DNA from: Lingula anatina
Taxonomy: Eukaryota; Animalia; Brachiopoda
Length of the DNA stretch: 64,000 nt
Assembly (NCBI GenBank): GCA_051362555.1
Contig: CM120642.1
Coordinates: forward strand, 10,602,001 to 10,666,000
Direction: 5' to 3'
Numbering within the stretch: the stretch's first letter is position 1; each line of letters begins with the position of its first letter. A model generated the notes under the pieces. It had not been told where the DNA came from, did no database searches, and saw nothing but the letters and a program-made list of their open reading frames with translations. Shown here in pieces: positions 62,180 through 64,000 of the stretch. The position numbers and the translations under genes were made by a program.

Positions 62180-63950
62180 AATTGTGGTTGATTGTTATTG
62201 TGGTTGATTGTAATTTTTACATCTAATTTCTGCTATCTACCTTTAGTAGGGGGTCTTTGCAGTCCTTTTTTTTGGGGGGTATATATTTTTTATATCGTTG
62301 TTACTGGTATCCTCTATCCATTAAAGTGAGGAACATGAGACGTTGGGGATATTTAAACTTGCCTTTAGGGATGTGCACGTGTCCTTCGGATTTTTGGCGA
62401 CTTTGGTAACCTAGGGGTGGTTGATTATTATCTTTAAATTGTATTTTCTGCTATATACCCACAGGTCTTCAGGTTGAGGAAACTAAAATGTCGGGGTGTG
62501 CATAGTCAGGTTTTTTTTTGTGACCTGGGGTGTGGCTGTCCCTGGGGATGGTACACATATATATTACCGTAATTTATTTCATCTCCCCCTAGACCATTCG
62601 AATTAGGAACATGAGTCTTTGGTGCATGGGTGGGCTACATTAGTGTGACTTGGGGTGTGGCAGTCCCTAGGGGGTGGAGTGATTAGTGGTTTGTCAGGCA
62701 ATGAAGCTGATTCCATAGATTGCAATTAAGATTCCTTGCAGAGTTGGACCGTGCCAGCTAGTACTTCATCCTATGTGTGAATCTGATGGCGGTTTTCGAG
62801 TTAGGAAGGAAGGGGAAATGTAGAGAAAGCAGCAGACAGTACTAAATAACAGACCTTCAGTCGTATTCTTAAATATAGGTCAAGTTAATTAAAACCATTC
62901 AAGACCCCATACTCTCAGGAATCCTAGGGTCCAAGTCCCATTGTTCTTTAACATAAAACACACATGTTAATTACTGCTCTTGGGAAATAAACATTTTGTT
63001 TTGTGTTAAGACACAACAGCAGTCAAACACTAGGATTCCTGATAGAGTGTGTGGGGCCTTGAATTAGTTTTTAATTGGATTCCCTGACCTATATTTATGC
63101 ATATGGCTGGAAGTCCATTTAGTTCTGTATGTGCTTCTGTTGTTCTCTACATTTCTCAAGGACCCTTGCACATTCATTAAAATGACTGGTTCATCAATCT
63201 CCGTTTCATGTTCCTTAAAATTTAAAGGTATAGATGGCAGAAATAAAGTTGTGAAAAACAGAATCAACCACCCCCCGGGATAGCCACACCTGAAATATCA
63301 TACTAACATTCCCGGAAACCTATGCATATCCTCAATGGTAAGCTTATCAACCCGGAAGGTTTCATGTTCCTAACTGTAATGGCGTAAGGGTAGAAGCACG
63401 AATAACGATGTAAAATTTAAAATCAACCTCCCCAGGGACGGCCACACCCAATGTCACAAAAACCCAGAAGGACCCATACACATCCCCAAAGACAGATTTT
63501 TCAGTCCCCATAGCCTTACGTTCCCAGCTTTATTGGTCTTAAGGATAGATATAGCAGTAATAACAATGTCAATTAGACTCACCCCCCCAGCCCCCCCCCC
63601 CAAAAAAAAAAAAAATCCGAAGTGCCCTTCCACATTCAAAATAGTATGTAGCCACGTTTCATGTTCCTAGCATAAAATCCGATGTAAAAATTAGAATTGA
63701 CCACCCCCAGGGTCGACCACACCCCAAGTCACAATTGAATTCCGAAGAGCCTTTGCAAATTTCTATAATGATAGGTTTATTAATCCCCGACGTACCTGTA
63801 TCAAGTTCTTATCTATGATGGTTTAGGAAGTAACAATGTGAAATAGATTATGTATGTATATAATGAATTGTCCACCACAGGGAAAGCTTGACCAATGTAA
63901 GCGTACCTAGCCGAAACAACCCCGTCCCCATTCCAATTTTACCTCTATAG
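62180..63950. repeat. Large degenerate inverted-repeat (foldback-like) structure built from ~140-150 bp units
   Basis: Left-arm motifs ggaacatgag and tgtgacctggggtgtggctgtccctgggg recur as reverse complements (tttcatgttcct, ccccagggacggccacaccc..gtcaca) in 63180-63950. Boundaries are approximate. Confidence 0.6.
62887..63076. mobile_element. Palindromic MITE-like element in the centre of the foldback structure
   Basis: aattaaaaccattcaagaccccatactctcaggaatcctag pairs imperfectly with ctaggattcctgatagagtgtgtggggccttgaattagtttttaatt; the inner arms also pair. Confidence 0.6.
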
Positions 63951-64000
63951 AACTTCACACTAGCTATTTATTGACTATGAAAAAATTCTGGTTGCAAAAT

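Overview
AT-rich, intron-rich eukaryotic (invertebrate animal-like) genomic DNA, not prokaryotic; no CRISPR, rRNA or tRNA seen. I built gene models by hand from GT-AG sites and reading-phase continuity. In order along the window: EXOC1/Sec3 (minus strand, 16 coding exons, continuing off the left edge), an orphan single-pass membrane protein (minus, large terminal exon), a complete 21-exon ~807-aa guanylate-binding-protein (GBP/atlastin-family) GTPase (minus), PHPT1 (plus, head-to-head with the GBP gene, 3 coding exons split by 12.4 kb and 7.2 kb introns), an intronless SNAPIN, and POLR1H/ZNRD1 (both minus). Two observations stand out. First, the SNAPIN ORF starts 47 nt after the POLR1H stop codon inside the same terminal exon, which looks like a bicistronic locus. 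Second, the GBP has a probable signal peptide, a hydrophobic C-terminal tail and His/Gln in place of the canonical catalytic Arg residues. The introns hold many non-autonomous transposons: two Helentron-associated (HINE-like) elements (one carrying a 146-bp satellite with a perfect DR1 nuclear-receptor site per unit), an internally deleted TIR element, Harbinger-, Kolobok- and other MITEs, and an RTE-like LINE remnant with two nested MITEs. All family assignments come from recalled sequence motifs, not database searches.
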